Assembly (NCBI GenBank): GCA_053919585.1
Contig: CM132798.1
Origin: Euprymna scolopes
Lineage: Eukaryota
Length of the DNA: 64,000 nucleotides
Strand: one strand, 5' to 3'
The notes beneath the pieces were generated by a model. The model made no database searches, was not told the origin of the DNA, and saw nothing but the letters and a program-made list of their open reading frames with translations. The position numbers and the translations under genes are program-made. Positions within the stretch are counted from its first letter, which is position 1. Every line of letters begins with the position of its first letter. Of the stretch, positions 37,592-51,530 are shown piece after piece.

Positions 37592-39230
37592 TCTATCGTT
37601 ACTTACAGTGAAGTTGTTTGACTAAGTTGTTATCTCCGGTTTTTTCTTTTTAAGACCTTTACAGTGAGAACTTTTTTCTCCCGCAACGAAAAACAATTGC
37701 TTCTTCTGTGTGTCCAGTGTCAGTCTGAATACTTAGAAACATACTTTCCTGTCAGTGGAACACATAACTCCGGGACTACTCTCCGTAGATTAAAACATAG
37801 CAGATTCTTTCTAGGAACAGTACCAACAATTATTTGTACTTGGTTTATTTGAAATATCATAATGTTCTTCAGTTCTATAACATTAATTTCTATCCTTACT
37901 GCACAATCTAAAAAAAAACAAAAAAAACAGTGAGAATAAAATAGAAATATGTGTTTTCTTCTATATGCATCCACATATCTTTACATGTAGTTATGTTGGC
38001 TAGTCAGTCCGTCAGTATGTTCATATGTCTTGCTTTCGCTATGTTGTCTTTCTTACGTTCAAATTTGGTTAGCATTTCTATAATAGGATCTGTCCGCCAG
38101 GTGGACGATTCGGCCGTATGTCACGCACGAGTTTGTAATAGAATGTTCATCTATAAACGCGCAAAGTGAATGGACGCATCTTAAATATGCCCGTCTTCGT
38201 TTAAACTCCAAATTGGACTCTACGAACTTTCAGCGTCGACATCTGTGTGCCCGTTGTTTTTTCTTTTTTTTTTTTTTTCTTCAAATGATTCTTTCGTTTT
38301 TAATTCCACCCTTCTTTCCCACTGCTTCACGACGTGGTTATTTTAACTGAGTTATCAGTATTATTTCCTGTTTTTTCTTTTTATTCCACACTTTTAATTC
38401 ACCCAGCGCGCCGATTTTTCCACTCCTGCTTGCACTGAATATACGTTTGCTCGTTCACCGATCGACCCTGAGAAACGCAGCAATGTGTCGAACATTACTT
38501 GAATTCCGTTTATTGACGATTCTATGACTCATCCAAACTGTGCGTGTCTCCAAGTTTGATATCCATATCGTGTATTTAGTGATGATATCTACATAGAATA
38601 TGTTCTTGTGTTAGAAGGTCAAATGTAAATGCCGGAGAGAGATGATTACACAAGAAAAATGGCGATTATCAAAATGCGAAATAGAAAGGTCATGTTGTTC
38701 TGAATTTCTAATTGAAATTTATTTAGAAAATCGACATAACAAAATGTTACTTTTTGATACAGGTGAAAAGACATAAAAACATCCGAATTCAATGTTAAAA
38801 GTGATCTATTAGTACTTGAAAGTGACAATGTCAAGTTTTGTTTAATGGTTAACAACATTTTACTTACTTGCGTTTTAACTATATACAAAATATCTCCAAA
38901 TCGAAACAAAAATTCCTCTACTTTGTAATAAATACTAGCATGTATTTTATTTTATACAAGCTGAGGTACCCGCCGTTGCCAAGTTGCATTTTATATATTT
39001 GAATATTCCATCCTCATACATAATTATTTTATTAATTAAACGAAGCATTAATTTATAATGGCTTCTTTTACCACATCTCCCATTAGGTAGGATTAATAGT
39101 TGCGTTTTATTTTATAGAGGTCCTTATAACCCTAATCCTATTCTTTAGTTTGATCTTTTTTATCGTTTGTCCTTCTTCTTTCTAAATATGATGTAAGAAT
39201 TGCAATTATTATTTTATATCACAGTGCATA

Positions 39231-40294
39231 CGAGGGGCGTGCAATAAGTAATGCCCCTGACCAACTTCCAGTTGTCTGATCTAACTGAAATTTTGTATGT
39301 GCAATGATTTATATCTCTGCGGGTTATATGGCAAATTACAGCTCTGAACTAATTGTGGTTTCTGTTTTACAGGTGTTTAAACTGAGTCAGGTGTGAAATG
39401 GAACCTGCTGAATGTCGAACAGTGATCCAGTTTTTGTATTTGAAAGGACGCACACCACAGGAGACTTTTGATGAAATGAAAGAAATTTATGGTGATAATG
39501 CCCCATCATATGACCTGGTAAAACGCTGGCATCGTGAATTCAAACATGGCCGGAAGTCTGTGAAAACAGCTCCCAGACCTGGTCGCCCCCATTCTGCCCT
39601 TGATGAGGCAACTGCCCGTCAAGTTGAGGCTGCCATTTTGAAAGATCGGCGCATTACTATTTGCCAAATAGCCCAAGACCAAAGTCCAGCCAATGCAGTG
39701 GAAGCACTTGGACTCACCACCTCCAAAAAGGCAAGGGTGCAGCCCTCCGCTGGCAAGGTCATGTTCACAGTCTTCTGCGACCAGGGCGGAGTAGTGATGA
39801 ATGATTTCCTGGCAAAGGGTACCACGATTACAGAAGCCTATTATGTTTCACTTTTGAGAAAATTAGGGGAAGCTATCAAAATCAAGAGTCGGGGCAAGAT
39901 CAGCAAGGTACCCTCCTCCTGCAGGACAACGCTTCGGTCCACAACTCGCATGTCGCCAGATCAGAAGCACGGGCGTGTAATTATGAAATCTCCCCATCCT
40001 CCCTACTCCCCTGCCCTTGCAGCCTCTGACTTTCACCTCTTCCCAGCCATGAAGTTGTTTTTGAAAGGAAAGCGTTTCCGAGATGATGCAGCCTTGATTT
40101 TTGAAGTCACGTTGTGGTGTGAGGACCAACCTGGAGTGTTCTACAAAAACGGTATCCAGGGCTGCATCAAACTATGGGAGAAATGCATAACTCTGGGTGT
40201 TGCCTACGTAGAGAAAGACTAATAACTGTGCCAAGTTTCGTTGCTCTACTGCTATGGGAAGTGGGTCAGGGGCATTACTTATTGCATGCCCTCG
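39231..40294 (+). mobile_element. mariner transposon, internally deleted
   Basis: About 38-bp TIRs CGAGGG..TGCAATAAGTAATGCCCCTGACC with TA on both sides; transposase motifs PRPGRP, AGKVM.TVF, HPPYSPALA.SDFHLF, WEKCI..GAYVE. Confidence 0.95.
39398..40222 (+). pseudogene. mariner transposase pseudogene (274-aa ORF)
   Basis: Lacks the WVPHEL-like linker and first catalytic Asp; QWKH and LLLQDNA motifs are out of frame. Confidence 0.85.
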
Positions 40295-41585
40295 TAAATG
40301 AAAACTTTAAAATATTGTTTTATTTTAACTATTTAATGTACAATATGTAAAAAGATGACTTTAGTAATTTATTCTATTAATGAAATAATTAAAATGTAGT
40401 TTTAAGCAGTGCATATTTGAACACTGGCAAATGTACCTCTAGCATTAATTTAGAGTAACCCCCACATAAACAACATTTTCAGTGTGACCTCTAACAGGTA
40501 TGTAACTGTGGAGTTTATCAGGACTTCCAATGCATGAGCAAGCATCATACAACAGGCATTGAGAAAAGCAAGACGTATTAAGATTAAGTCGAACAACTTT
40601 GAGGCTTTGTCCTTGAACTTTGTTTATAGATATGATAAAATTATTTTATTGGGAATTGTAAACGCTTGCACTAAAATGGCCTTTCAGAAGGAATAAGGGG
40701 AATACGAGGAATTAACATAATTTCACCTTTAAAATTTCTAGGCTTCCATAACATTAGTTTACAAACATTTTATTGCTTACTGCGTGTCATTACACAGTAT
40801 AGGTGATCAAGATTTTTTTTTAATAACTGGAGCTCCTTTCTTCAATATCAGCTTATGATGTGGCATTCCAGGTGATTGTAGTGGATTCTACAGAAAATTC
40901 CACTGCTTGATCTATGATGGATTGCTAACTAACACATGGTTATCCCGCAGTATTGCAGAAGTGCTGAATTTTCATATCACATTTAAATGGAAAGAAAGAA
41001 TTCGGGACTAAATAAGACGTTCCCAAGTACAGCAGCATTTTGTTTAATAGATAAACCACTTATTGCAAACTTTAACGTTTTTTTTCAGATCTATCTCTCT
41101 TTTTTATCATTCTAAGGGTAAGTTATAGTAATATCATAATTAAATATTAATAGTGTAAAGTTCTGGTGTGGGATAATTTCGGAATACGATGTAACATAAT
41201 AGAATTATTCTTACAATATTGTAATAGCTTGGCAATTGCTGCTTGGCACTTCTATTGAATTGCGTTTATAAAATAATAGGCAAGATAACTTCTGTTTATG
41301 TTTGAATGATAGCTCTTGTGTCAACCTTTCATTGGTTTATTTCAGTCTCGTCGCGGTTTTTGCATTGTAAATGTCGACTATAATAGGTTTTCGGGTATGC
41401 TGAATATCACAGTTTTATTTGGGACTGATAAGTCTTTTACCAGATATTAAAATATATATCCAACGAAAACGCTAATGTAATACCTGGCAGCTATTTTGTT
41501 TTCACAGTTGTGTAATTAGTAATGCGCATGCGTGTAACTGAAACAGATGATAAACAAATATTTTTTACGCCATAATGGCAAACTT

Positions 41586-41810
41586 GAGGTGTTTATTCTG
41601 AAGGCTGTTCTTATCATAGGGGTTGGGGAGTTATTCCGAAAGCCGTTCTTAACATCGAGAAGTTATGGGTGTTTATTCTGAAAGCCATTCTTAACATGGA
41701 GAGATAGGAGGTGCTTATTCCGAAAGCCGTTCTTAACATGGGGAGGTTGGGATTGATTATTCCCAAAGCTGTTCTTAACAGGTAGGTTGGGGTTGTTTAT
41801 CCAAAAGCTG
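41586..41810. repeat. Minisatellite, ~5.5 units of ~41 bp
   Basis: Core TTATTCyGAAAGCyGTTCTTAACA repeated with G-rich linkers. Confidence 0.9.
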
Positions 41811-42552
41811 TACGCATGAGCATTACTAATTCCTTGAAAAATTGTGAAAGAATAGCTGCCAATGATTACATTAGTTTTTACGTTGGATACCAAATGTTTT
41901 CATATCTGGTAAACCTATTTATTACTCCAAAATTTAACTGTAATATTCCTTGTAAGTATACTCGAAAATTTATAGAAGTCGACATTTCGAATGTGAACGA
42001 TTAGCTGTAGATAATGTTTTTTAATACCGAAAAATGTGTATTCAAAGACTAATTATTTAAATAATTTCATTGAAATTAATATTTGTTTGCTCCAAATTTA
42101 ATGATTATCTATAGTTTATTGGTTACGAAATTTCTATTTTATAGTAAAATAAACCTCTATTTTGCGTTGTCATAATTTTCTTTAAAATATTTGACTTCAG
42201 TAAATATGTAAGGATAACTTTCTAAAATAACGCAACACACGTATTCGAAAACTTTTGAATTTTGGTTTTAAACGATTATTTGTTTATCTAATCAATTAAT
42301 GAATAAAAAAGAAAAGATATATAGGGATGTCTTCGTCTTATTTCTTTACGCAAAAGAAAAAGAGAAATTATTTATAGAAAATAAGAAAAGTTATTTAAAT
42401 TAAAGAAAAAGCCATTTAGAGAAAAGAAAATTATTTAAAGTGAACAAGAGTAATAAAATAATTTAAAGAAAAATAGCATTATTAAAGTTAGGCTAGACTA
42501 TAAATATTTCCAATTTCAGAATTTCGAGCAATATTTACTTATTGGAAAAACT

Positions 42553-44131
42553 AACCAACAATCACGAGGTTGTCTCCTCAGCAACTTACAAGGCTAACAT
42601 GCTTGCCAGTCGGTTTGCCTCAAACTCCACACTGGACCCTTCCAACCACCCCTACCTGACTTTCCTATGCGGACAGACGCCACGCTAGACGATCTGAAAA
42701 CCAACCCTTGCTCAGGTGCATGCTATCATAAAAAACCTTGACACTTCAAAAACATGTGGACCCGATCTTATCCCAGCTGTGCTATTAAAAAAGTGCTCAG
42801 CCGAAGTAGCTCCAGTTCTCTTCAAACTCTACAACAAATGCCTTAATGAAGCTTGCTTTCCGGGCTGTTGGAAAACTGCTTCTGTTGTACCAATATTCAA
42901 GAATTCTGGCGAAAGGACTGACCCATCAAATTATCGCCCCATTAGCCTCCTCCCACTTTTTGCCAAAATATTTGAGACCTTAATTAACCATGCTCTAGTC
43001 CATCACCTTACAGATGCTAAACTTCTGACTGACAAACAATATGGATTTAGACAAGCCCGTTTCACAGCAGACATCCTAACTGTGATCTCTGAACGTTTAT
43101 ACAATTCACTGGACAAAGCGGGGGAGGGCAGAGCGGTAGCTCTAGATATATCTAAGGCTTTTGACAGGGTATGGCATGAGGGTCTTCTCAGGAAAATTAG
43201 ATCATACGGTATCACTGGTAGAATACTTAACATAATTAAATCCTTCTTAGATAAGAGACAAATCCAGGTTGTCCTCGACGGTCGTACATCTAAACAATAT
43301 GATATAAATGCGGGAGTGCCACAGGGTTCTATCCTTGGATCTCTATTGTTCCTGATATTCATAAATGACCTCCCCGACAAAATTGCCTCTGAGATGGGTA
43401 TATATGCTGATGACACTACACTCTAGGGCAGGCACGACAGGAAGACGAATGAACACATTTCTAAAGAAATGGCAGAAACACTAGCGGAAGACCTCCAATC
43501 TGTGGTGGAATGGGGACAAAAGTGGTTGGTCGCGTTCAATGCTGCCAAGACTAAACTAGTTTCATTCAATAATTACAAGAAACCCTCTCTACCACCTATA
43601 GTAATGGCCAACGACTCTTTATCTGAGAGTACATCTTTCAAACTCCTTGGCCTAACGTTCACAGGAAACATTGAAGGCATTGCCAGGGCCGCTGCAAGAA
43701 AGGTGGGCTCTCTCTACCGTGCTAGAAAACCACTAACATCCGAACGTATCCTGTACCTCTATAAGGCCACCATTCGCCCATGTATGGAGTATTGCTGTCA
43801 CATCTGGGATGGGGCATCTGCTACTAGTCTCTCGCTCCCTCGACAAGCCCAACAGGCTGCTAAATCCCACCCCACACTGTAGAGATCCCTGAATGTAAAA
43901 GATCTTTTTAGTCCAATAGTTTCTTCCCCAGAACCGCTAGACTCTGGAATTCCATTCCAGGTCCCTGATTCCCCAAGAGTACTGACGTGCAGAAGTTCAA
44001 GTGTAATGTGAACCGACATCTTGCTGCCCAAATCCCTACATAGTACCCCAGTAGTTGTTGCCCCTGATAGTAGCCCCCTACATCAAAGTGGCAATTTGCC
44101 TTGTTTGGGGTGAAAATGTAATTAAAAAAAA
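42553..44131 (+). mobile_element. CR1-like LINE, 5'-truncated (family 1)
   Basis: GPDLIP, YRPISLL, QYGFR, LDISKAFDRV, GVPQGSILG, YADDT, IRPCMEYCCHIW; A-rich tail at 44124. Confidence 0.92.
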
Positions 44132-44650
44132 AGAAAGAAGAAACTAAACGCAGGAATCTGACATACGCCCAAGTTAGCTTTTCTATCAAAACTGTACATA
44201 GAATTTTCCCCTGTCGTTAAGGATTTACTTGAGAAAAGTATTGAATTTTGAATTCGTTCGTGAGGAATTGCTGGAACAAAAAATGTCAAAAAATATTTAT
44301 CGTCTTAAAAAACTGTAAGAAATTAAAGAAAAAGTTATATTTTTCAAGCTTATAAATAAATATTGTGATACCGCTTATCATAAAATACGTTTAAGTATAT
44401 TTAACTCATGCAGATATTCGCTATTTTTTAATATAAAGACATGATGGCTAAAGTTTTAAAAAATAACTTTTTGCCGTCAGCTACGATCGAAAACCCAAAC
44501 ATTTAGCGTTTTAGTCATGTTCTCTACTATTGTCGTTATCGAGAGAAACATAATGAAATCTAAATATTAACACACTTGAAGAAATGAATTTATGTGAGCA
44601 TGCGCAGAAAGAAGTAAAAACATGGTGGCCAGTTGAAATGAGCATTTCTA

Positions 44651-45295
44651 TTTTTTTTTTTGTTTTGTTTTTACATTTTCACTCCAAACAAGGCACATTG
44701 CCACTTTCGTGTAGGGGGGATACTATCAAGGACATAAGCTACTGAGGTGGCATGTAGGGAGTTGGGCAGTAAGATGTCGGTTCACGTTACACTTGGACTT
44801 CTGCATGCCAGTACAGTTAGGGAAGCAGGGAGCCGGAATGGCATTCCAAGGTCTAGCGGTTCTGAGGAAGAAACTACTGGAGTGGAAAGCTCTTTTACAT
44901 CTAGGGATCTCTACTGTATAGAGATGGGAGTTAGCTGCTTGTCGGATTTGTCGAGGGTATTTACGTCATTGGAGCACAAGTGTTTGCAGTTCGTCAGAGC
45001 ATTCACCATTAATATGCTTGTAGAACAGGCAGAGGGATGCAACATTTTGTCGCTGGGAGAGAGGCTGAAGCTTAGATGACAGTTCAGGACCTATCAGGTT
45101 GGAGACTCTCTTTTGGACCTTGTCTAGGAGCGAGAGACTAGTAGCAGATGCACCAGCCCAAATATGACAACAATACTCTATACTTGGCCGAATCGTGGTC
45201 TTATAGAGGTACGGGATACTTTCGGGCATTGGTAGCTTTCTAGCAAGTTATAGAGAGCCTACCTTCTTCGCAGCGGTCCTGACAATGCTCTCAAT
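44651..45295 (-). mobile_element. CR1-like LINE 3' fragment (family 1)
   Basis: LYKTTIRPSIEYCCHIWAGA; 3' UTR matches 44030-44125; A-rich tail. Confidence 0.9.
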
Positions 45296-45387
45296 CGCAT
45301 TTCAACTTGTCAATATATGTCTGTATGCGTTATTTATTAACCCAAACAAAGATTTTACTCGTTGTAAACACTCCTAAAATAAATTAT

Positions 45388-46127
45388 AAACAAGTGAAAC
45401 ATGCATGGTTCCCCCTCTCGTGAGGACACAGTAAACGAGGCATAGAAAAATTACAAAGTTCAGCATTTTTACCCCGCCATTTAGTCCGAAAAGTCTCAAT
45501 TGAACATTAAATACTGGAGAAAATGAACAAATGGCGCAATTTTAGGCTTAAACATATGTAGATGTGAGTTCTCCGCCATTCAAAAAAATAAATGAAAAGA
45601 AAAGTACATCATTTGCCCCCCACCATTTAGCCCTAAAGGTCCCCAAAGCCTTAACATATTTAAATTTGAGTTCAGCACCATGCAAAACTGCTAAATAGAC
45701 TTACACATATAATTTTAGACAAATATGGTAAAATAGTCCCAAAAATGGAGTTTTTGTTAGCACTAAAAGATCTCAAGAGTTATTGCGAAGTATAGATAAA
45801 CAAAATTATAAAGAAATCAGTTAGTTACAACTTTATCGAAAGTTTTTCAAAAATCCAAATTATCCATTTTTTAATAAGCACGAAAGTGTCAATTTTAGCT
45901 ATTTTAATCCGAAAGGCACTCCTAGGGCGGGTGTGGGGCAACTGGAGTTTTTTCGGAAAATCCGTTCTGTTACATTTTTACTTATATCATGGTTTATGCT
46001 TCTGCCACATTTTTTTTTAAATTCCAAGGCGTAGTTATTGAGAAAGTGCGGACAGACGAATGGACGAACGGACGAGCGGACAAGGATGAATTTATAGGTC
46101 CACCCGCCTTTTGTCAGGCAACCAAAA
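45388..46127 (-). mobile_element. HINE/DINE-1-like element, paralogue of 36628-37333
   Basis: Reverse-complement colinear along its length, including termini and the GACGAACG microsatellite. Confidence 0.8.
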
Positions 46128-46882
46128 AAAGGTTTTATTCTATAATGGGTAACTGGTGGCTATTTTTTAGTGGGGGGGGATCATCAGAAATCATAATAAT
46201 AATATTGGTATTCTATGATTTTATATAAATATGTTAGTAATATATCTAGATAATGAGGTTCTGTAAATACAGGCTAAGCATGGTTTCCACAATTTTTGCG
46301 AGGGATGTACACTTTAAATATAAATTCAAATTCTACTTAGCATGTCTTTATTCATTTTTTTTAAAATATTTTTATCTTGACAGACCGTCTCGTCGTTTCG
46401 TCGTTGACATGTGTACACTCACAATACTGAGTTATATGGTTTGTATTTTCTGTAAGCGCGACATCTAAGAAAGGAAAGCTAAAACAGTATCTAAAAACAC
46501 CACAAAGAATAACAAATCAAACATTATTAAAGCTTTTATATATATTCTTGGGAAGATCAGATTATGTTTACTATACGGTGTACATATTTCATGTTAACAG
46601 AGATAGCTAGAAAATACTTATATTTTACGGGTAAATTGCAGTTTAAAATTAAATCATTAAACTAAATAGAATTAAAGACTGGATATAACCAAAATAAAAA
46701 GAAATTAATTGACCATAGATGACGTAACAAATCGACAAAATTTTAATATAGAATATTTCGGTATTATTATGACTAAATAAAATGATATCTATATAATTAT
46801 AAAAGTCTGTGGATCTTGCTTACTTACATCTTGTCTTCGACGATCGGACAATTCCATCTATTGAAAAAAAATATGAGAGGTG

Positions 46883-46935
<53 letters not shown>

Positions 46936-47005
46936 GTGGCTTAGAGGCTGAGATATTAAGGTAGAGATTTGTATGTGTAGGTTTCAATCTTAGCTGGTCT
47001 AAGTC

Positions 47006-47056
<51 letters not shown>

Positions 47057-47639
47057 AGTTATGTGCAGTGTAAATATAGAATTAGTAGAACGTGTAGACT
47101 TCTTCCCAGTGTCGCCTGGTTGTGGTAGTAGGACTAAATATATAGAGGGAAAAATAGGTAAAACATCTTTTTTTGAAATGTTTGTTTTATTGTTATGATT
47201 AGTGATTTGTTGCATTTACTTAAAAAAAACTATACAAACTAGAAAACAGACAGTGTGTATCTATATAATCATTTTAACAGCAGGCAAAGTGAATGACTTC
47301 AGTGTCCTCAAATCTTAGCAGATAGGTCTCTCTGTACACGTTTCACAGATCAGTTTGAAATATTTTCAACAATAAAGGCGGTATTTGAATGGTCACAACG
47401 TAGGTTAGATTCCTCGGTATTTTTAGAATACGCTTTCTCAGGTCGTCTATCAGGAGTTAATATTTTCATTGGTCTGTCCTGCTGAAGTTTTTTATAAGCA
47501 TTTCCATTGCTATATAACACTTTATTCGAATATTTTTTCTTTTGCTTAATCCGAGAGTTTAACTGCTGCTCCGTAAACATATTACTCAGTAGAGTAATGA
47601 TTAAACTAGTAATGCTCAATCCGTTATTTCCAAAGTAGC

Positions 47640-49476
47640 TGAGCAGCGGCTTGGTTCCCACCAGTTCTGGCAAATAGCTAATAGGATCCTGAACAGAAAC
47701 ATGCGTTCTATCCCAACCATTATAACTGGACCAGAGGTCATTTCGACAGCATCCGACACGGCCAAACTATTTGCCAAGAACTTTGCGGCAAATTCTACCC
47801 TGTACGACGAAGGCCATCAACTCCCTGTATTCCCTCCTATAACAGACAACACGCTATGCAACATACAAATATCTGTGCGTGAGGTCGCCAAGCTAATCAA
47901 GAACCTTGACTCCAGTAAAGCAACTGGTCCCGACGGTATTCCAATTATAGTGTTAAAAAAATTACAACCAGAACTTGCCCCCATACTTACCAAACTGTAT
48001 AAGCGTTGCCTTAAGGAGAAGTGCTTCACAACACCCTGGAAAACCTAATTACTTTGCCCTGTATTTAAGAATTCAGATGATGTCATCTCCCTCTCAGTAC
48101 AGACCAATAAGTCTCCTGTGTGTCATGAGTAAGTTGCTGGAATCCACAATAAATATAGAAGTAGTCAACCACCTTAGCAGAAATAACTTTCTTAGCGACA
48201 CGCAATATGGTTTCCGTTCTCCTAGATCTACAGCAGATGTGCTAACGGTTATATCTCATAGGATTAGCGAATCTCTCGACAAAGGCTACGTTTCTAGGGC
48301 AATTGCACTTGACATATGAAAGGCATTCGATAAGGTATCGCATAAAGGTCTACTTCACAAGATTTCCAGCTACGGTATCACTGGAAATGTTTCCGCGATC
48401 ATTAAATCATTTCTCTCCGATAGGCTCATAAGAGTAGTGGTTGATGGACAGAAATCAGAGGCCCACATTATTAATGCTGGAGTCCCTCAGGGGTCTATAC
48501 TGGGCCCAACTCTCTTCCTGATCTATATCAATGATCTCCCAAAACACATACTAAAATCTTTCGTTGACATCTATGCTGAAGACATGTCTATCTATGGCAA
48601 CACATCAAAGGCCGTAAATGATGATGTTCTCTCTGATTCTCTCTCCTCTGATCTTGAGCGCGTGGTACAGTGGGGGAAGACGTGGCTAGTTACCTTTAAT
48701 GTATCTAAGACCAAGCTCCTATCTCTACATCATAAACGCTCTTATCCCCATCTGGCATCAATTGAAATGGATGGCTCTCATCTAGGGGAGGGCCATGTTT
48801 TGATAAGCTTCTGGGTTTGACCTTTACTTCTGATCTGAAATGGAACACATACATCAAGTCTTTGGCTAAGGTTGCTGGGAAAATGGTGGGATCCTTTTAC
48901 CGCTCCAGAAGATATTTCACTATTGATGCAATTCTCTATCTATACAAAAGGCAAATACGTCTAAGGATGGAGTACTGCTGCCAGACCTGAGCAGGAGCTG
49001 CTAAAAACAGCCTATCCTGCCTTGACAGAGTACAAAATAGACTTCGTGGCTTCGGAGGGGATGCCCTTTTCTCTTCCCTGCAACCTTTTTCCCACAGAGG
49101 AGATCTAGCGAGCCTATCTTTGTTCTATCGTTATTTCCATGGCAAGTGCTCGTCTGAGCTCCATTCTCTGGTCCCCTCCCGCCAATCTTTTTCAAAAATC
49201 ACCCGACTAGCTGAAACCACCGTCAATAATTTTCCCCACTCCTTATCTGTGCCTAAATCAACACGTAGATTTCATGAACAAAGCTTCTTTCTTAGAACTG
49301 CACGCCTATGCAACTCTGTTCAGCTTGCTTGTTTCCCTCCCGACTTCAACCTGGATGTCTTCAAGTCCAACACAAACAAATTCCTGATGAACCGCTCCCT
49401 TAACTCTCCAATACTATTACTACACTATCCCATTGATTACTGTACACACAATAACCCTTATCCCCGAAAAAAAAAG
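47640..49476 (+). mobile_element. CR1-like LINE, 5'-truncated (family 2)
   Basis: KATGPDGIP, YRPISLL, QYGFR, ALDI*KAFDKV, GVPQGSILGP, YAED (mutated YADD), MEYCC; A tail. Confidence 0.92.
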
Positions 49477-50940
49477 TAATGCTTTATTTACGAACAAATT
49501 CCTGCCTACAGGTCAATCATATTTCAACAACGATGCAAGTCAATACAGAAATAGATGAATAGTTATATTATAGTGTATCTATATTTTAAATCATTGTTCT
49601 TTTATTATAGGAATTATATACCTATTCAATATTCAGTTATATTACTATGACATATTAGTCAATTTGGGAAACTTAGAATAATATAAAATATGAATTTATT
49701 ACACGCACAGGTTAACTGACTAAAATGAACAAATTAGCTTAAGTTTGAACGACAGCAAGTGCACTTTTAAGCCACTTGTGGTCTATGTAAAATATAAGGT
49801 TACATTGGCTAGTGGTGAAGTTTAGAATTATATCAATTATTATATTAACAATATAATAATTGCATCTGTACTACTTGCAATCTATAAACGAGTAAACATG
49901 GAATAATTAGTCTACTGTATGTTTCTGTCAAAGAAATTCTTTTCGCCGTCCTAATTAAATGTTGACAATACAGAAATTGTGTGCACTTAAGATATAATCT
50001 ACATTCTTTCTTCTGTCTTTGTCATTTCATAAAAGAATACTCAGTAAAAATACAAACTAATATTTGCACAAAAATATATTAGCATTGATATACCAAAGAG
50101 GTGAGTATTTGCCCAAACCAGTATACTATAATCACCATGGAATTGTGATAAGAAAAAGCTGTTACACTTATTGTCAACCATGGCAAACTGAAATTGGCGA
50201 GCGTTATTTATGTTTACAGCGTCATCGTTATCTCGAGATTATGGCGTTGAAGAAAAAGATAAAATACACAAAATGATTCAATTAACTTGGAAGTTTGAGG
50301 AATCATTTCCATCGACTCTAACTTTATTTTAAAATGATAACAAACATTAAATTAGCTGCTTTGTTCTTATCTGTGTGGAAGTTCGTTTTACAAAGACACT
50401 TGAGGGTTTCGCAAAAAGATGCTGAAATTAGGTTGCTTGATTAGCACGTGCAAAATGTCCAGTGTTCGAGTACATACTAATTTGTAGACCAGTACACGAA
50501 GAAAATGACGTTTCAAACACCAGGTTTTTCTAAAAGATGAATATTATTTACGACACCAACTCATTTGAATTTGCTATTTCTCTCCCTTTTCATCATTGTA
50601 TGTATCAGCTGATATAATCTCATAAGTTTTCAAGATTTAAAGCATACAAATATGGCTTATTAAGCCCAAGAAGTATATGGTTATTATAAACTTACGTAGA
50701 CGTACTCGGGCACGTTGTATTACGTTCACTATCATTATTAACTGTACTTGACTTTCATTCGAGAATTCATGAACTTCTGTATGTTCGTTAAGCAAATCTT
50801 TTCATTCAAAAAAATAAATGTATTCACTTTTATATTATTTCTTTGGTTCTTTCTATCGTTATACAGAATTTTTCTGTGATATAGATATATTATTTATATT
50901 GTATTGAAGTATAAATACTAAGTGGTTGTATTCTTATACA

Positions 50941-51530
50941 CTAGCAGCCAATCGACGTTGCCCGGTTATAAAATACACGTAAATATATTCTAACCCATGC
51001 AGATTGCTAATTAAGTATTATAGAACGAATTTCATTCTGTATACAACATATAGTAATGCTCTCAAAAGATATTAAAATTTATGACTTGGGTCTCATCCGC
51101 TAGAATTGAAACTAGTATAACGTAGTTGATACATGTCAACGCTCGCGACCCACAGTTGTATGCAAACAATCACTAGGAGACAAAGACAAGAAAAGAATTC
51201 GACTCAATGAAACAACAGACATTTATTTATAGTTACTTTCCCTGTCTTGTGTTCAAAAGTTCTTTTATACTAATATGCTTAACAAGACTCTTCGGTGTCA
51301 AACACATGGTACTGTATCTTTGTCCAACCATGTTTAGGACGCGTCTATTTCTGTCGTTCTCGGGCCACCTTTATAACACGTTTATCTCTCTTTTCATATA
51401 TTTTATTTGTTTCTTCCTCGTTGTACGTCACCTTGTAAACGGCTCGGTTATATACATACAGCTTCTGCTGCTGCCGTACGCACGTCCACGCTCTGTTACA
51501 CCATAACGTTTAGCGCTCCAGTTTTAATTG
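50941..51530 (-). mobile_element. Helitron 3' region (same family as 11121) split by an LTR
   Basis: CTAG/hairpin terminus; homology to 11121-11300 resumes after 51500 (aacgtttagc). Confidence 0.55.
51116..51500 (-). mobile_element. Solo LTR
   Basis: Minus starts TGTAACA, contains AATAAA and a gtcgaatt+T-rich segment shared with 52972-53000; interrupts a Helitron. Confidence 0.55.

Larger units (their letters stand above)
38958..40910 (-). mobile_element. Helitron remnant: PIF1 helicase C-terminal fragment (40510-40910) and 3' end (38958), interrupted by mariner
   Basis: PGMPHHKLILKKGAPV, ILCNDT, KGEIMLIPRIPLIPSE.PF..KRLQFP, SINKVQGQSL, CFSQ.LLYDACS; hairpin plus CTTG terminus at 38958-38984. 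Confidence 0.8.

Noticed and set aside
41586-41810. CRISPR-like repeat/spacer look
   Set aside because: Linkers are short and mutually similar, context is eukaryotic, and there are no cas genes
47350-47673. 107-aa ORF, possibly a GIY-YIG tail
   Set aside because: Only vague similarity; no conserved motif
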